Of a stretch of 64,000 nt of DNA, positions 30,065-40,252 are shown piece by piece. The DNA is taken from positions 4,416,001-4,480,000 of the forward strand of contig CBDFKD010000002.1 of NCBI GenBank assembly GCA_965248695.1, read 5' to 3'. The translations under genes were made by a program, and so were the position numbers. Source of the DNA: Acidobacteriota bacterium (GTDB lineage: Bacteria; Acidobacteriota; UBA890; WLXD01). Under the pieces are notes generated by a model. That model saw only the letters and a program-made list of their open reading frames with translations, searched no databases and had not been told where the DNA came from. The stretch's first letter is position 1; every line of letters begins with the position of its first letter.

Positions 30065-32389
30065 TCAGAACAGGTAGGAGAGCTCGGAGAAGACGTGACG
30101 GCCGGGTCGCGGATAGTGCTCCGGCAGGAAACCCCGCAGGGCCGGGTCGGCGTAGCGAACGTCGAACAGGTTGCGGCCCGCGATCGACAGCTCTACGCCG
30201 CGGATCAGATTGCGCAGGCGCAGCGTCGCGTTGGCGAGGGCGTAGCTGCCGACCGGGTCGCGGGCATCGTCGCGGGCGCGCGAGCGCGTGCTGCGGAGCT
30301 GTAGCGTTGACGTGAGGCTCAAGTGGGTACTGAGGTCGAGCGTGCCGCCCAGATTGACCAGATGACGCGGGACGCCGGGCAGGCGCTCGCCGGTCACCCG
30401 GTTGGTGGGATTCTGCAGCGTATAGTTCAGCCACACGGAGTGCTGGAACCCCCAATCGCGTCGGGCTTCGAGCTCGAAGCCGTCGATGTTGACGCCGGGA
30501 ACGTTCTGGAAGCTGCCGCTGATCGGCTCGCTGGCGGTCAGGCGCGTGTTCTCCTGCAGGATCAGGTTGTCGATGCGGCTCACGAAGGCGTTGATGCTGA
30601 GACGCACGGGCCCGTCGCGGTAGATCAGCGCCGCGTCGAACGTGTTCGTGATGGCCGGCTCCAGGTCGGGGTTACCGACCAGTCCAGGCGCCTCCACGAA
30701 CAGCTCGTAAATGCTCGGGGCTCGGAAGGCGCGACCGTACAGGAGCTTGAAGCTCAAGTTGGCGGGCAGGCGCCAGACCAGTGCGGCGCGTGGGTTCACC
30801 GTGCTGCCGAAGTCACTGTAACGGTCCCAGCGGACGCCGGCGGTGAGCGTCACGCGGCTCGCGACATCCCAGGTGTCCTGGGTGTAGAGGCTGAAGATCC
30901 TGCGCGGCTCCTCGGGAATGAAGGACGGTAGATCGGTGAAGGCAAGCGTCGGAGCGATCACCAGATTGGGGTTACCGAACAGCGGCTCGTCGAGGAATCG
31001 GACGTTGCCGAAGATGCGTATGTCGTAGGGCCTCTCGACCGCGTAGCCGGCGCCCACCACCAGCTGGTTGGTGTCGCTGGCCGTGATGGTCCCCCGCACC
31101 TCGCCTCCGTAGCGGCGCATCTTCACGTGTGTGTCGATGCGCACGCCTCGGCTCAGCGGGAACACGATCGGGGCCGGGCTCGCGGGGATGGTTACCGGCG
31201 TGGCGAATCCCGGCGGGAGGATGTCCAGGTCCTGGAGCTGGCGGGTTTGGGTATAGAAGGCGTCGGCCTGGATGGCTACGCTCCGCCCGAGCGATCCGCG
31301 GTACGTCAGGTTCCCCAGCAGGTGGCCGGCGTCGATGTCGGTTCCCGGCCGCAACACGTCGATCTGCCCGACGAAACCGCCGCTGTTCTCGCGCTTGTAG
31401 CGCCCCTGGAAGGAGAACCCCTTGAAGCCGAGCTGGATGTTGGCGTCGAGCGATCTGCGGTGCGAGAATGTCGTTCCGGGCGCCAGCGAGAGCGGCTCGA
31501 TGCCGAACGGCGCGATCGCGGCGTCATAAAAGGTCTGGTTGTCGGCGACCACTCGCGTCGGGGCGCCGTCGGTACTTGCCCACTGTACGAAGCCGGAGAC
31601 ACCCAGGGCGCCGAGGTATCGGCCGAAGAGCGCCTTCAGCTCCGTGGTACCCCAGGGGCCGGCGCCGGTCGACAGCTCCACGCCCGTGAACGTGTCGTGG
31701 CTCTGTGTGACGACGTTGATCACGGCCAGGAAGGCGTTGGCACCGAACAGGGCCGATCCCGGGCCACGGATGATCTCGACCTTCTCGATGTTGTCCACCG
31801 GGATGTCCAGGTTCGTCGCCGTGGCGCCGCCCTGGTAGTCGGTATTGAGTCGCTGGCCGTTGAACAGCATCAGTACGTTCTCGGAGCTGGCGCCTGTGCC
31901 CAGCCCCCGAACGACGATGCGGCCACGTCCGAGTCCGTCCAGTAGCACCTCGAAGCCCGGCACCAGCTCGAGGATGTCCTCGAGGGTGCGTGCGCCCAGC
32001 CGTCGGATTTCCTCCTTGGAGATGACGGAGACGATCCCGGGGGCCTCTTCGAGTGAGTCGATGCGTCCGGCGGCCGCGATCGAGACGGTGGCCGAGAGCA
32101 GGTCGCCGAGGCTCAGATCGTCGAAGTCCTCGAAATCGCCGAGTGCCTCGAGGACATCTGTCTGTTCCTGCTCCTGCGTGCTCTGGCCCGGCGGGGTGGG
32201 GCCCGATCCAGCAGCGTCGCCGGGCGCCGCCCAGCTCAGGATGAGCGTCAGCAGACCGGCGTGCACGCAGGCGCGCATCAGACCGGTGCGAGCGTGGAAC
32301 AAGGCATCTCCGTTGGGGTCGACGCGTCCGTTGGGATCGACGCGGGCATGTTTCTGTCTGCGAGGAGCCACTGTCAAGACTCGTGACAT
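30065..32389 (-). CDS. TonB-dependent receptor
   Basis: Plug '[14 protein letters not shown]', '[20 protein letters not shown]'; 'RNLFD..Y'; C-terminal Phe; start may instead be ATG at 32278. Confidence 0.93.
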   Translation of the reverse strand: MSRVLTVAPRRQKHARVDPNGRVDPNGDALFHARTGLMRACVHAGLLTLILSWAAPGDAAGSGPTPPGQSTQEQEQTDVLEALGDFEDFDDLSLGDLLSATVSIAAAGRIDSLEEAPGIVSVISKEEIRRLGARTLEDILELVPGFEVLLDGLGRGRIVVRGLGTGASSENVLMLFNGQRLNTDYQGGATATNLDIPVDNIEKVEIIRGPGSALFGANAFLAVINVVTQSHDTFTGVELSTGAGPWGTTELKALFGRYLGALGVSGFVQWASTDGAPTRVVADNQTFYDAAIAPFGIEPLSLAPGTTFSHRRSLDANIQLGFKGFSFQGRYKRENSGGFVGQIDVLRPGTDIDAGHLLGNLTYRGSLGRSVAIQADAFYTQTRQLQDLDILPPGFATPVTIPASPAPIVFPLSRGVRIDTHVKMRRYGGEVRGTITASDTNQLVVGAGYAVERPYDIRIFGNVRFLDEPLFGNPNLVIAPTLAFTDLPSFIPEEPRRIFSLYTQDTWDVASRVTLTAGVRWDRYSDFGSTVNPRAALVWRLPANLSFKLLYGRAFRAPSIYELFVEAPGLVGNPDLEPAITNTFDAALIYRDGPVRLSINAFVSRIDNLILQENTRLTASEPISGSFQNVPGVNIDGFELEARRDWGFQHSVWLNYTLQNPTNRVTGERLPGVPRHLVNLGGTLDLSTHLSLTSTLQLRSTRSRARDDARDPVGSYALANATLRLRNLIRGVELSIAGRNLFDVRYADPALRGFLPEHYPRPGRHVFSELSYLF

Positions 32390-32576
32390 GGCGACGCCCT
32401 GCCATGTAGCAGTCTATCGCGCCCGGTCGGCCGGGCATTCGTCGCGGGCAGGATTCCTGCCTTCAAGTCCGGCTGGCCCATCACCGGTGTCACCGTGTTC
32501 CCGGCTGAGCTTGGATGAGGACCGGTGTCGACCTGGGCGTGGCGGCGTCCTGCCCGCATCCGATAGGGTTTGGCAG

Positions 32577-33377
32577 ATGACTCACGAGGATGAATATCAC
32601 GACGGTCTGGTGGCCCTGCTGGAGCTGATCTGGGGCGACGGGTTCATGGCTCCCGGCGGTACCGGGAACGTGGCGAACCTCGTCGGCGAGCTCGACCTCC
32701 GCGACCTACGTGTCCTCGACTATGGCTGCGGCATCGGCGGTCCGGCGATGCATCTGGCCGATGCCTACGGGGCGCGGGTCGTCGGCATCGATATCGAGCC
32801 GGCGCTGCTGGAACGGGCGTGCCGCAGAGCTGCCGAGCGCGGCCTGAACGAGCAGGTCGATTTCATCCTCGTGGAGCCGGGCCCGCTGGAGTTTGCCGAC
32901 GGATCGTTCGACTTCGTCATGAGCTCGGGGGCGTTCACTCAGATCGAAGACAAACGAACGCTGTTCGCCGAGTGCCTGAGGGTGCTTCGGCCGGGTGGAG
33001 TGTTTGCTTGCTACGACTGGATGAAACCAGCAGGCGAGCACAGCGAAGACATGCTGTACTGGATCAAGCTCGAGGGGCTCACGTATGCGATGCGGACGCC
33101 GGAGTACCATGCCGAGATCCTCGGAGAGGTGGGGTTCATCGATGTGTCGGTCGACGATCGCTCGGCGTGGTACCGACGCGAAGCACACATCGAGTACTCG
33201 AGGATGCGCAATGACCTGTACCCGAAGATGGTGGAGTCGCTCGGGCCCGAAGAGGCCGATCACTTTGTCGAGAACTGGCGCATGCTGACGGTGGTATGCG
33301 ACCAGGGCGAGATGCTTCAGGTGTATTGCCGGGGGACGAAGCCCGCGGCCCGCGATACCTCTGTTACAGGCCGCTAG
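32577..33377 (+). CDS. SAM-dependent methyltransferase (phosphoethanolamine N-methyltransferase-like)
   Basis: 'IWGDGFMAPGG', 'VLDYGCGIGG', 'RVLRPGG'. Confidence 0.85.
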   Translation: MTHEDEYHDGLVALLELIWGDGFMAPGGTGNVANLVGELDLRDLRVLDYGCGIGGPAMHLADAYGARVVGIDIEPALLERACRRAAERGLNEQVDFILVEPGPLEFADGSFDFVMSSGAFTQIEDKRTLFAECLRVLRPGGVFACYDWMKPAGEHSEDMLYWIKLEGLTYAMRTPEYHAEILGEVGFIDVSVDDRSAWYRREAHIEYSRMRNDLYPKMVESLGPEEADHFVENWRMLTVVCDQGEMLQVYCRGTKPAARDTSVTGR

Positions 33378-33386
33378 GATCCGGGG

Positions 33387-33968
33387 ATGGTAGCTGGAGG
33401 GGAGGAGTCGGAGCAGGCCCTGGATGCGGCCCCAGTCGTCACCCAGGCCGACGGCACCGAGGCCTTCGACACAGTCGCCGACGGCCACGAGTACCCGCTG
33501 GATCCCAAGTCGGTGGTCGCGGCCCAGCTCACCGCAGCTGTCTGGGTGGCGTCAATCGGCGGCATCTTGCTCATAGCAGCCTTCGTCATCGCGCTGGGAA
33601 CCTCGCTGGATGTGCCTTTGAAGCTGACGATTCTCGCCGGTTGGACATTTCTAGCCGGGCTCGCCGCGACGCTGGCGTATCGCTGGCCGCACATCCGCTA
33701 CCAGCACATCCGGTATCGGGTCGACGGTAACGGCTTCACCGTTCGCCGTGGCGTGCTATGGCGGTCGATCACGTCGGTGCCCAAGGCCCGGGTACAGCAC
33801 ACCGATGTCTCGCAGGGACCGTTGCAGCGCAACTACGGTCTCGCCAGCCTGGTCATCCATACGGCCGGTACGCAGGACTCGTCGGTAACTGTGCGAGGTC
33901 TGCCACACGCGACCGCGACGCGCATCCGCGACTACCTGATCGAAGGCGGCGATCGAATTGGCGTTTGA
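33387..33968 (+). CDS. Membrane protein with bacterial PH domain (YdbS-like)
   Basis: Two TM helices, then 'RRGVLWR...VP..RVQH..VSQGPLQR.YGLA.L...TAG'. Confidence 0.88.
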   Translation: MVAGGEESEQALDAAPVVTQADGTEAFDTVADGHEYPLDPKSVVAAQLTAAVWVASIGGILLIAAFVIALGTSLDVPLKLTILAGWTFLAGLAATLAYRWPHIRYQHIRYRVDGNGFTVRRGVLWRSITSVPKARVQHTDVSQGPLQRNYGLASLVIHTAGTQDSSVTVRGLPHATATRIRDYLIEGGDRIGV

Positions 33969-35550
33969 GGATCCTGCCGACGGTACGGCTCTCGGCGCCG
34001 CTGGTGGAAACGACTCGACAGCCGTTGAACGGCGTCTGCACCCGTTGTCTTGGCTGTTCGCCACGGCCAGCTTCGCCAAGGGCCTTATCGTGCCGGCGAT
34101 CCTGGTCCTGTTCGCCTCCGGAGGTCTGAACTACGAGCTCTGGGCGGCGGTGTTCATCGTCCCGATGGCGATTCGGTCGGTGGTGCACTGCATCGTGTTC
34201 CGCTACGGATTCGCGGACGACGAGATGGTGGTGCGGGAGGGCGTGCTGATCCGCAAGGAGCGCCACATCCCCTACGAGCGCATCCAGAACATCGACCTGG
34301 TGCAGAACCCGTTCCACCGAGCCTTCGATGTGGCGCTGGTGCGGGTGGAGACCGCCAGCGGCGGTAAGCCCGAGGCGGTGATCCGTGTGCTCTCCCTCGA
34401 TGCAGTCGAGGAGATGCGCGCCCGAGTGCTGACGCGATCTGACGGCGTGCAGGCGACGGCGGTGGAGCCGCAGCGCGCCCCGACGGCAGCGAGCCGGCCG
34501 ACGATCGCTGAGCGGCGCACGTTGCTCGAGACTCCCGCGGTCGAGCTGGTCAAGCTCGGCGTTATCTCCAACAAGGGCCTGGTGGTCTTGGGGGCGGCGG
34601 TCGGCCTGTTATGGCAGCAGGGCAGCTGGTGGGAACGGAACTGGGCCGATGGCGTGGAGCCGTGGATCGCGCCGGGGCGCGAATGGCTCCAGAGCGTGGC
34701 GGACAGCGCCGTGCTGGTGGTGACCATCGCCGGCCTCATCGTCTTCGTGGTGGCTGCGATTCTCTTGCGCGTGTTCTCGATCGGCTGGTTCCTGGTGCAG
34801 CTACATGGATTCACGCTGACGCGGCAGGGCGATGACATGCGGGTGGAGTACGGGATGTTGAACCGTGTGTCGCGGACCATTCCCAGACCGCGAATCCAGC
34901 TGTTGAAGACGGTGGAGTCGCCGTTGCATCGCTGGTTCGCGCGCCAGTCAGTGGAGCTGCAAACCGTCGGTGGGGGCAGGGAAGACATGGATCTGGAAAG
35001 CGGCGGTTCGCAGAGGTCAGACCGCTGGTTGGCTCCCATGATCGAGGCGTCGCGGGTGCCGGCGCTGCTGCGCGAGGTGCTACCCGACGTCGAGCTCGAG
35101 GACGTGCGGTGGAAGCCGATCTCACCTCGGGCATGGCGACGGGTGTTCAAGCGCTGGCTGGTGCTGGTGGCCACCCTGACGCTGGTCGGTGTGACGCTCG
35201 TCGATGCTTGGGCGTTGGCGCTCGGCGCATTCGCCACCCTGATCGTCTACCTGCACGCTCGCCTTTACGTGAAGCATATGGGCTACGCGCTGACCCGGTG
35301 GGGCCTCCTGCTCAGGAGCGGCTGGTGGGAACGGACAACGAAGATCGTGCGCTACAGCAAGATCCAGACGGTAGGGCAGGAGGAGTCGCCATTCGATCGT
35401 CGCAGCGGAATGGCCTCGGTCCTGGTAGACACCGCCGGGGCAGAGATGATCGGCCATACGATCGCCATTCCGTACCTCGAGGTCGCCGTGGCCGGCGATC
35501 TGAGCCGACTCCTGTACGAGGAGTCGAGCTGCCGGGCGTTCCGACTCTGA
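33958..35550 (+). CDS. Membrane protein with three bacterial PH domains (YdbT-like)
   Basis: 'RLHPLS'; three 'IP..RIQ/KIQ' repeats; overlaps the YdbS-like gene. Confidence 0.88.
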   Translation: MAFEDPADGTALGAAGGNDSTAVERRLHPLSWLFATASFAKGLIVPAILVLFASGGLNYELWAAVFIVPMAIRSVVHCIVFRYGFADDEMVVREGVLIRKERHIPYERIQNIDLVQNPFHRAFDVALVRVETASGGKPEAVIRVLSLDAVEEMRARVLTRSDGVQATAVEPQRAPTAASRPTIAERRTLLETPAVELVKLGVISNKGLVVLGAAVGLLWQQGSWWERNWADGVEPWIAPGREWLQSVADSAVLVVTIAGLIVFVVAAILLRVFSIGWFLVQLHGFTLTRQGDDMRVEYGMLNRVSRTIPRPRIQLLKTVESPLHRWFARQSVELQTVGGGREDMDLESGGSQRSDRWLAPMIEASRVPALLREVLPDVELEDVRWKPISPRAWRRVFKRWLVLVATLTLVGVTLVDAWALALGAFATLIVYLHARLYVKHMGYALTRWGLLLRSGWWERTTKIVRYSKIQTVGQEESPFDRRSGMASVLVDTAGAEMIGHTIAIPYLEVAVAGDLSRLLYEESSCRAFRL

Positions 35551-35638
35551 TCCGCCGCCTGCGCATGGCCTGCTAGGATGCAACCGGCGGCCAGAAGGGG
35601 CGTCAGGGGAACCCTTGACGCGACGACAAGGCGGACGA

Positions 35639-37780
35639 ATGAGACACGCGTTCATTGGGCTGATGGCGATTCTGACCACGGGTCTGGTCGTCGCTGGCCT
35701 GGCAGCGCAGGCCGGCGGCGAGGACGATCTGGAGTACCGCTGGGAAGGCAGCGTCAACGTCACGCAGCACGGTCCGGTGCTCGGCGGCGAAGGCCAGATC
35801 ACGACGCAATGGAATCTCACCGTGCGGTGGCGCGAGGCGGCACGCTTTGATGTCCGTGACGAGCAAGATCGTGTTGTCGGCCAGATCGTGCTGCTCGAGG
35901 ATGACGACTCGAGCTGGACGGGTAGCCGCGGTGGCAGCGTGGAGAACGTCGGCAGCTGCAACCGCTGCACGGCGACGTACACCGGATCGGGATCGGGGAC
36001 CAGCACGTTAGGCACCGGGTGGATCTACTTCAGCCTCGTCGACGCCAACCCTCTGGAGGCTGATCTGCCGAGCGGTGCCTACCACCTACAGGCTCCGCGC
36101 CAGCAGATGCTGGAGGGCGTGATGGACTACCAATCGGTCGACTGCGACGGCCGCGTCTTCGCCCACTCGTCCGAGTATCCCGGGCTGTCGTTGGCGTACA
36201 TGATTGGCCGCCACAACGTCACCACCTTCCAGGTGCCGGCGCGAGGCTACGCCACGCTCGCTGACGTGCGCTTCCTGATCGACGCGCACAAGCGCGTGGA
36301 TTTTCAGGGACGGCCGGTGCGCATTTGGGATCCCGAGCCACGTGTCGTCGAGGGCAGTGTCATGCAGGGCAGCTATCGTTCCGCCGGCGGAGACGTCGCT
36401 GAAAGCCGGCTGTACTGGGAGGCCACCTGGGACGTCCACCGCCGTCTGGTAGTCGACGCACGAATAAAGGTGGCCGACGACGACTGGCGTCCGCTTGGCG
36501 GCGACCGCGCCGAGGAAGCGATCGTCGAGGGGCGAATCGACAGCCCGCCCGGCATCGAGGGACGCTTTCGCTTCTTCCTCGAGGAGGTCAGTCGCGAGCC
36601 CGGCATCGCCATCAACAAGGAGGACCCGGAGGGCGACGGCCGGCTGGACCTCGAGTTCGTCGACGGGCAGGAAGGGTTCGACGCCCCCGAGGCTAACGGA
36701 GCCGACGGCTGGAAGCTCGAGGGGACGGCGTCGGAGTCGGAGGTCAGCGTCGAGATCCTGCCGAATGACTATGGCGCCTGGGCGAAAGTGCGCTGCGTGG
36801 TGGTGATCGAGGGCGAGGAGTACGACTGTCGATCCGAGAACGACGCGGCCTATGTGACATTGCCGGTCGACGATGACGAGAACCACGTCGCCGATGCATG
36901 GGAAGACGAGATGGAAGTAGGCGGTGCGGCGGAGGCCGATGAAGACTCGGAGCCCGAAGGTCGTGAGGCTGGCGATGGTCTGTCGATGTACGAGGAATAC
37001 CGCGGCGCGTTTTCCGAAGGCCAGTGGCTCGATTTCGATCCCAAGGAGAAGGATCTGTTCGTACACAATGCGATCGGCAGCAACGCCGGCGTGCTCGATG
37101 GCTTGACGCTGTTCGAGGAGGCATCGGGGCTCCTGGTTCACTGGATCGATGAGGACGAATACGAGGGGCCGGACACGCGCGTACTGAATTTCAAGCGCGG
37201 CTCGTACGCGGCGCGCCCCGACGGTCAGAAGGGGCTGCGTCTGATCGACGGGGCACTGGAGGGCGCCTTCGGCGAGATGTTCCCGACCGGAGCCGGCTGG
37301 ATGCCTTCACCTCCGAACCGAGTGCTCGAGGTGGTGATCGATGTTGTCAGCGCTGATGGAAACGCCGGCCTGCTGGCCTCGACGGTGGCGCACGAGCTAG
37401 GGCACGCGGTCAATCTCTGGCACCCGGGCCGGTTTGACCAGATCGATTGCTTCAACGATGGGTACTACAAAGACGTTGCTCCTCAGAGCGGAGTTGCGTC
37501 CGGTCCGATGGCCAACATCATGCGGTACTCGTACTGGAACGTCGGCTGGTATCAGGCCCGAGACGGGGTCTGCCACGGTTATCCGTCGTACGACAACGGC
37601 TTCGGCAGCACCTTTGCTGCCAGCCTCGCGGGCGACGGGCTCAACGGCGGTGCTGCTCGGACCGACGAGGACGGCGATCCGCTGCCGCTGACTGGCGACG
37701 CCGGCTGTGCTGGCACCCAGCGCTCCAACCTTAGCGTCGCCGGCGATAGTGCCGCCTTGCCCGGGTCGCTGTGCTGGTAG
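35639..37780 (+). CDS. Secreted acidic protein with C-terminal zincin motif
   Basis: Signal peptide; 'DDDENHVADAWE', 'GDGLSMYEEYRG', 'DPKEKDLFV'; 'HELGHAVNLWH'; Met-turn-like 'NIMRY'. Confidence 0.8.
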   Translation: MRHAFIGLMAILTTGLVVAGLAAQAGGEDDLEYRWEGSVNVTQHGPVLGGEGQITTQWNLTVRWREAARFDVRDEQDRVVGQIVLLEDDDSSWTGSRGGSVENVGSCNRCTATYTGSGSGTSTLGTGWIYFSLVDANPLEADLPSGAYHLQAPRQQMLEGVMDYQSVDCDGRVFAHSSEYPGLSLAYMIGRHNVTTFQVPARGYATLADVRFLIDAHKRVDFQGRPVRIWDPEPRVVEGSVMQGSYRSAGGDVAESRLYWEATWDVHRRLVVDARIKVADDDWRPLGGDRAEEAIVEGRIDSPPGIEGRFRFFLEEVSREPGIAINKEDPEGDGRLDLEFVDGQEGFDAPEANGADGWKLEGTASESEVSVEILPNDYGAWAKVRCVVVIEGEEYDCRSENDAAYVTLPVDDDENHVADAWEDEMEVGGAAEADEDSEPEGREAGDGLSMYEEYRGAFSEGQWLDFDPKEKDLFVHNAIGSNAGVLDGLTLFEEASGLLVHWIDEDEYEGPDTRVLNFKRGSYAARPDGQKGLRLIDGALEGAFGEMFPTGAGWMPSPPNRVLEVVIDVVSADGNAGLLASTVAHELGHAVNLWHPGRFDQIDCFNDGYYKDVAPQSGVASGPMANIMRYSYWNVGWYQARDGVCHGYPSYDNGFGSTFAASLAGDGLNGGAARTDEDGDPLPLTGDAGCAGTQRSNLSVAGDSAALPGSLCW

Positions 37781-38574
37781 CCGGCGATCGATGTGTCGGA
37801 GCTGCGATCCTGGCGGTCGTCCTGGGCGTCGGCTGTGGCGGGGCCGAGGACCGCGAAGCGGACGAATCAGAGATGCAGCCGGAGCCGGCTGCTGTCGAGC
37901 TTCTGCTGGAGGTACGGTTGGCCGACGTCGATAGTGACCTGTTGCTCAACGTGAGCCTGGTCCCGCGGCGACCCCGTTCGGTGGAGCGTCGCCGTGGCGA
38001 CACGGCCGAGGCGGCGATCGTCGAGCCCCGATGGCTGGAACAGGTTCGACTCCTGGCAACGACCACATCGAGTGAGCGCGAGCTGGACGGGACCACCTCG
38101 TTGGGCGCTGCGCGGGGCGTCGACGGACCCCGAGGACGCTGGGCACAGGTCGGCCTACGCCTACCGCGCGCTAGGCTCGAGACCGGTGAATCGGTGCAGG
38201 CGACCCTACTGCTCGATGACCTCGGCGGAATCGAGGTGCGCTCGGCAGCGGTCCAGATTCCGGCCCCGGATGCTCGCCGGGCGCTTGCCATCCGCGCTGC
38301 GGTGGCCATCGCGGCGGCAGACGCCGCCGGCCTGCGAAGTGTCGCCCTGCTGCAGGAGGACGCCGACGCGGGGTCGGCCCTGGGCCCCTACTGGCGTGGC
38401 CTGGCGCTGGAGATCGAAGACGACCTGCCTGCCTCACGGGACGAGCTACGCCGAGCGCGACAGTTGTACGAAGCGCGCTTCCCGAGCAGCGACGGCGAGC
38501 AGCGTGCGCGCGGCGAGCTGCCTTCGCGCATCGTCACCGCGCTGGCGCGCGTCGAGCAGCAACTGAGGCAGTAG
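37771..38574 (+). CDS. Hypothetical lipoprotein with C-terminal TPR-like helices
   Basis: Lipobox 'LGVGC'; 'PYWRGLALE...ASRDELRRA'; overlaps the zincin gene end. Confidence 0.65.
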   Translation: MLVAGDRCVGAAILAVVLGVGCGGAEDREADESEMQPEPAAVELLLEVRLADVDSDLLLNVSLVPRRPRSVERRRGDTAEAAIVEPRWLEQVRLLATTTSSERELDGTTSLGAARGVDGPRGRWAQVGLRLPRARLETGESVQATLLLDDLGGIEVRSAAVQIPAPDARRALAIRAAVAIAAADAAGLRSVALLQEDADAGSALGPYWRGLALEIEDDLPASRDELRRARQLYEARFPSSDGEQRARGELPSRIVTALARVEQQLRQ

Positions 38575-38582
38575 ACCCGTCC

Positions 38583-38861
38583 CTAGCAGGCCGTGATGAA
38601 AGTGTGGCGGGCCTGGCGACAGGGTCTTGCGAGGTGGAGGCAAGGAGAGAGGAGGAGGCGATGGTTACCCCATCGTTGACGACGAACGACGCAGTATACG
38701 CGCGCAACCCCCTGTCGCCCAAAGGATTGCGGCGATTTGGGGCCATCTGCGGCGTTGGCCCTCCTCGACGATGGCTAGTGCATCGCCTCCGTCAGGCCGC
38801 CTTGCGTCTGGCCCCAACTCGTCGCAACCAGGCCCGCCACACTTTCACCACGGCCTGCTAG
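38583..38861. mobile_element. MITE-like element with long terminal inverted repeats and CTAG at both ends
   Basis: 38582-38616 and 38828-38862 are reverse complements at 34/35 positions; no transposase ORF inside. Confidence 0.8.
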
Positions 38862-40249
38862 GTGATGCCGAGGTCCTTGCCAACGGCGCTCATCGCTTCT
38901 GCGAGCGTATCGACGCAGAAGTCGATCTCGTCTCGAGTGATGATGAGGGACGGCGAGAGCACGTTCAGGTGGGCGATCGGCCGTACGATGAGTCCGGCCT
39001 TCTGGCACTTGCTCGACACTCGCTTACCGATGTCGATGTCGGCCGGGAAAGGCTCCTTCGTTGCCTTGTCTGCGACGCTCTCGATGCAGGCCATCAGTTG
39101 GTGGCCGCGAACGTCGCCCACCGTCGGCAGCTCCAGCAGCTCCCGCAAGCGCTGTTGCAGATACGGACCGGTCTCGCGCACGCCTTCCAGGATGTGCTCG
39201 TCCTCCATGATGCGGATGTTCTCCAGCGCCGCCGCGCAGCACACTGGGTGCCCCGAGTAGGTGAACCCATGAGCGAACACCCGGTCGGGATCCGGGCCGC
39301 TGATTGACTCGTGGATCTCGTCGGAGTACAGGAGCGCCCCCAGCGGCAGGTACCCGGACGTGATGCCCTTGGCGCAGGTGATCAGGTCGGGCTCGATGCC
39401 GAACACGTCTTTGGCGGAGAACCATTCGCCCAGGCGGCCGAAGCCGGTCACCACCTCGTCGCTGACGTAGAGTACGTCGTGCTCGGCGCACAGCTCACGC
39501 GTCCGGCGGTGGTAGTCGGCCGGCGGCACGATGACGCCGCCGGCGCCCATGATGGGCTCGGCGAAGAACGCCGCGACGTTCTCCGGACCCAGCTCCCGGA
39601 TCTTGTCGGAGAGCTCGTCGACCAGGTGATCGCAGAACTCGCCCGGCGCGAGATTGCCTGGCGCCCGGTAGCAATTGGGCGCCGAGACGTGATGGATGGT
39701 CTCCGTTTCGTAGTCGAATTGCGGGATGCGATCGGATTTCTTGCCGCCGATCGACATCGCCATGTAGGTGGAGCCGTGGTACGCGCCGTCGTGCGAGATG
39801 ATGTGCCGCTTCTCGGCCTTTCCCCGCGTGCGTTGGTAGAACTGAATCATCCTGTACGCGGTGTCGACCGCTTGAGATCCGCCGGTCGTGAAGAAGACGT
39901 GGTTCAGGCTTCCCGGGGCGATCTCGGCCAGCTTGGCGGCAAGCTCGGCGGCGGTGACGCTGGTCATGTCGGAGAAGGTATTGGAGTAGGCCAGCCGCTC
40001 GACCTGTTCGGCGATAGCGGCGGCCATGTCCTTGCGGCCGAGCCCGATGTTGTTGCACCACAGACCGCCGTTGGCGTCCAGATAGCGCCGTCCCTCGGTG
40101 TCGACGATGTAGCAGCCCTCACCGCTGGCGACCGCCAGCGAGCCCTCGTCGCGAAACGAGTCGAAGTGGGTCCAGGGGTGTAGTAGGTGGTCGCGATCCT
40201 TACGCCAAATGTCCTTGGCGCTGAGTACGTCCTTGTCCATTGTCGCCAT
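38858..40249 (-). CDS. Class III aminotransferase (SpuC-like polyamine/omega-amino acid transaminase)
   Basis: 'GLWC..IG', 'AYHGST', 'EPIMGAGG', 'DEVVTGFGR', PLP lysine in 'CAKGITSGY.P', 'HGFTYSGHP'. Confidence 0.93.
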   Translation of the reverse strand: MATMDKDVLSAKDIWRKDRDHLLHPWTHFDSFRDEGSLAVASGEGCYIVDTEGRRYLDANGGLWCNNIGLGRKDMAAAIAEQVERLAYSNTFSDMTSVTAAELAAKLAEIAPGSLNHVFFTTGGSQAVDTAYRMIQFYQRTRGKAEKRHIISHDGAYHGSTYMAMSIGGKKSDRIPQFDYETETIHHVSAPNCYRAPGNLAPGEFCDHLVDELSDKIRELGPENVAAFFAEPIMGAGGVIVPPADYHRRTRELCAEHDVLYVSDEVVTGFGRLGEWFSAKDVFGIEPDLITCAKGITSGYLPLGALLYSDEIHESISGPDPDRVFAHGFTYSGHPVCCAAALENIRIMEDEHILEGVRETGPYLQQRLRELLELPTVGDVRGHQLMACIESVADKATKEPFPADIDIGKRVSSKCQKAGLIVRPIAHLNVLSPSLIITRDEIDFCVDTLAEAMSAVGKDLGIT

Positions 40250-40252
40250 CGT

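Noticed and set aside
35613-35631. CCTTG-N9-CAAGG dyad upstream of the zincin gene as another PadR site
   Set aside because: Only 5-bp arms, and the spacing does not match the TAGA-N3-TC(G/A)A core.
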